Sequence record: DRR723986_23489 | Direction: 5' to 3' (one strand) | Length of the DNA: 60,471 nucleotides | Shown here: piece after piece, positions 59,767 to 60,471 of the stretch | Numbering within the stretch: the first letter of the stretch is position 1 | Layout: every line of letters starts with the position of its first letter | Position numbers and translations under genes: made by a program | The notes under the pieces: generated by a model | Seen by the model: the letters and a program-made list of their open reading frames with translations, nothing else | Told to the model about the DNA's origin: nothing | The model's database searches: none

Positions 59767-60471
59767 CTATTTAACCCCCAGACGGTGATTCACTGTAAAT
59801 CTGACAATATCCCGATTGTAATAGCCACCCGTCTGACGTTGATTGATCCATTTTTGATAGGCAAGCTCCACGTTCAATGCTTGCGAAAAAGTAAAGTTTA
59901 GCCCTGTTATCAATCGGTTTTGATCAAATGTATATTTCACTTTTTCCCCAGCTTGGACCATCAGCTCATCACCTGCTATTACTTTTAGAAGTTGATTTTC
60001 CTTGATTTTCCAAATGGGATAAGAGGCCATAATACGATAACGAAATCTAAAACTCCCGAAAAAATAGCCATCTGCTAATTCTGTTTCATCTAAGTTTAGA
60101 TTATGAAAAAAGCGGGCCTCTGTTCTGTATCTATGATCAAGAGTGAGTTTGTTGAGCTTTTGTTTATACCCCATTTCTACATGCGCTCTAAGTTCTGGCT
60201 CTATCAGATCCAGCTCAGAACGAGGATTATTTGGGCTTTGAAAAAATGAAGCGAAACCAGTTGTGGCGGTCCACCCGCTTTTACCAAGTTTACGATTCAA
60301 ATGAGCTCTTACAGAGAGTTGATGCTGCGCAAAGGGATTTACAAAATGCCTCTCTTGAACTTCCGCCATTATTGACCAATTTTCATCAATCGGCAGCGTG
60401 AGAAAGTAGCCATACCAGATGAGTTGCTGGTGGGTAACATCCTTCTGAGCAAAGGTTAATTTTGGCCAAAA
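59767..60471 (-). CDS. DUF2490-like outer-membrane beta-barrel; 5' end beyond the window
   Basis: The frame stays open to the window edge (...TFAQKDVTHQQLIWYGYF...). HRYRTEARF, RFRYR, DELM and FDQNRL. Confidence 0.8.
   Translation of the reverse strand, partial: FWPKLTFAQKDVTHQQLIWYGYFLTLPIDENWSIMAEVQERHFVNPFAQHQLSVRAHLNRKLGKSGWTATTGFASFFQSPNNPRSELDLIEPELRAHVEMGYKQKLNKLTLDHRYRTEARFFHNLNLDETELADGYFFGSFRFRYRIMASYPIWKIKENQLLKVIAGDELMVQAGEKVKYTFDQNRLITGLNFTFSQALNVELAYQKWINQRQTGGYYNRDIVRFTVNHRLGVK

Noticed and set aside
30003-60471. 30-kb single-strand gene run as one operon or a genomic island
   Set aside because: It contains internal promoter boxes, long spacers and unrelated functions, and no integrase, tRNA or flanking direct repeats are seen.

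Overview
This is a 60.5 kb AT-rich chromosomal window from a Bacteroidota genome. The PorP/T9SS genes, TAnnTTTG promoters and gene style suggest Cytophagales, possibly Algoriphagus-like; this is inference. The left half (1-30 kb) is mostly housekeeping and envelope genes: SNF2 helicase, ileS-lspA, Fic, GH43, M28/PD40 pair, MscS, FeS-type photolyase, PorP/type-B-CTD/PorP, lysA, an RprXY-like two-component system, epimerase/M14 pair, rlmF and osmC. The right half is one minus-strand run. It holds a Wza/Wzz/Wzx/Wzy polysaccharide locus whose flippase is split by an in-frame TAA, a radical SAM protein, a signalling cluster, then DUF3500, an APC permease, ggt and a partial DUF2490 gene. The best candidate for an undescribed system is the signalling cluster at 43.5-55 kb. 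It has four histidine kinases with near-identical H-box helices. Two of them carry both a lipobox and a TM helix around a double beta-propeller, and one has no sensor. The only receivers encoded with them are a stand-alone REC and a REC-adenylate cyclase, with no DNA-binding regulator. No rRNA, tRNA, CRISPR array or transposase was seen. All calls come from reading motifs by eye; no database search was run.
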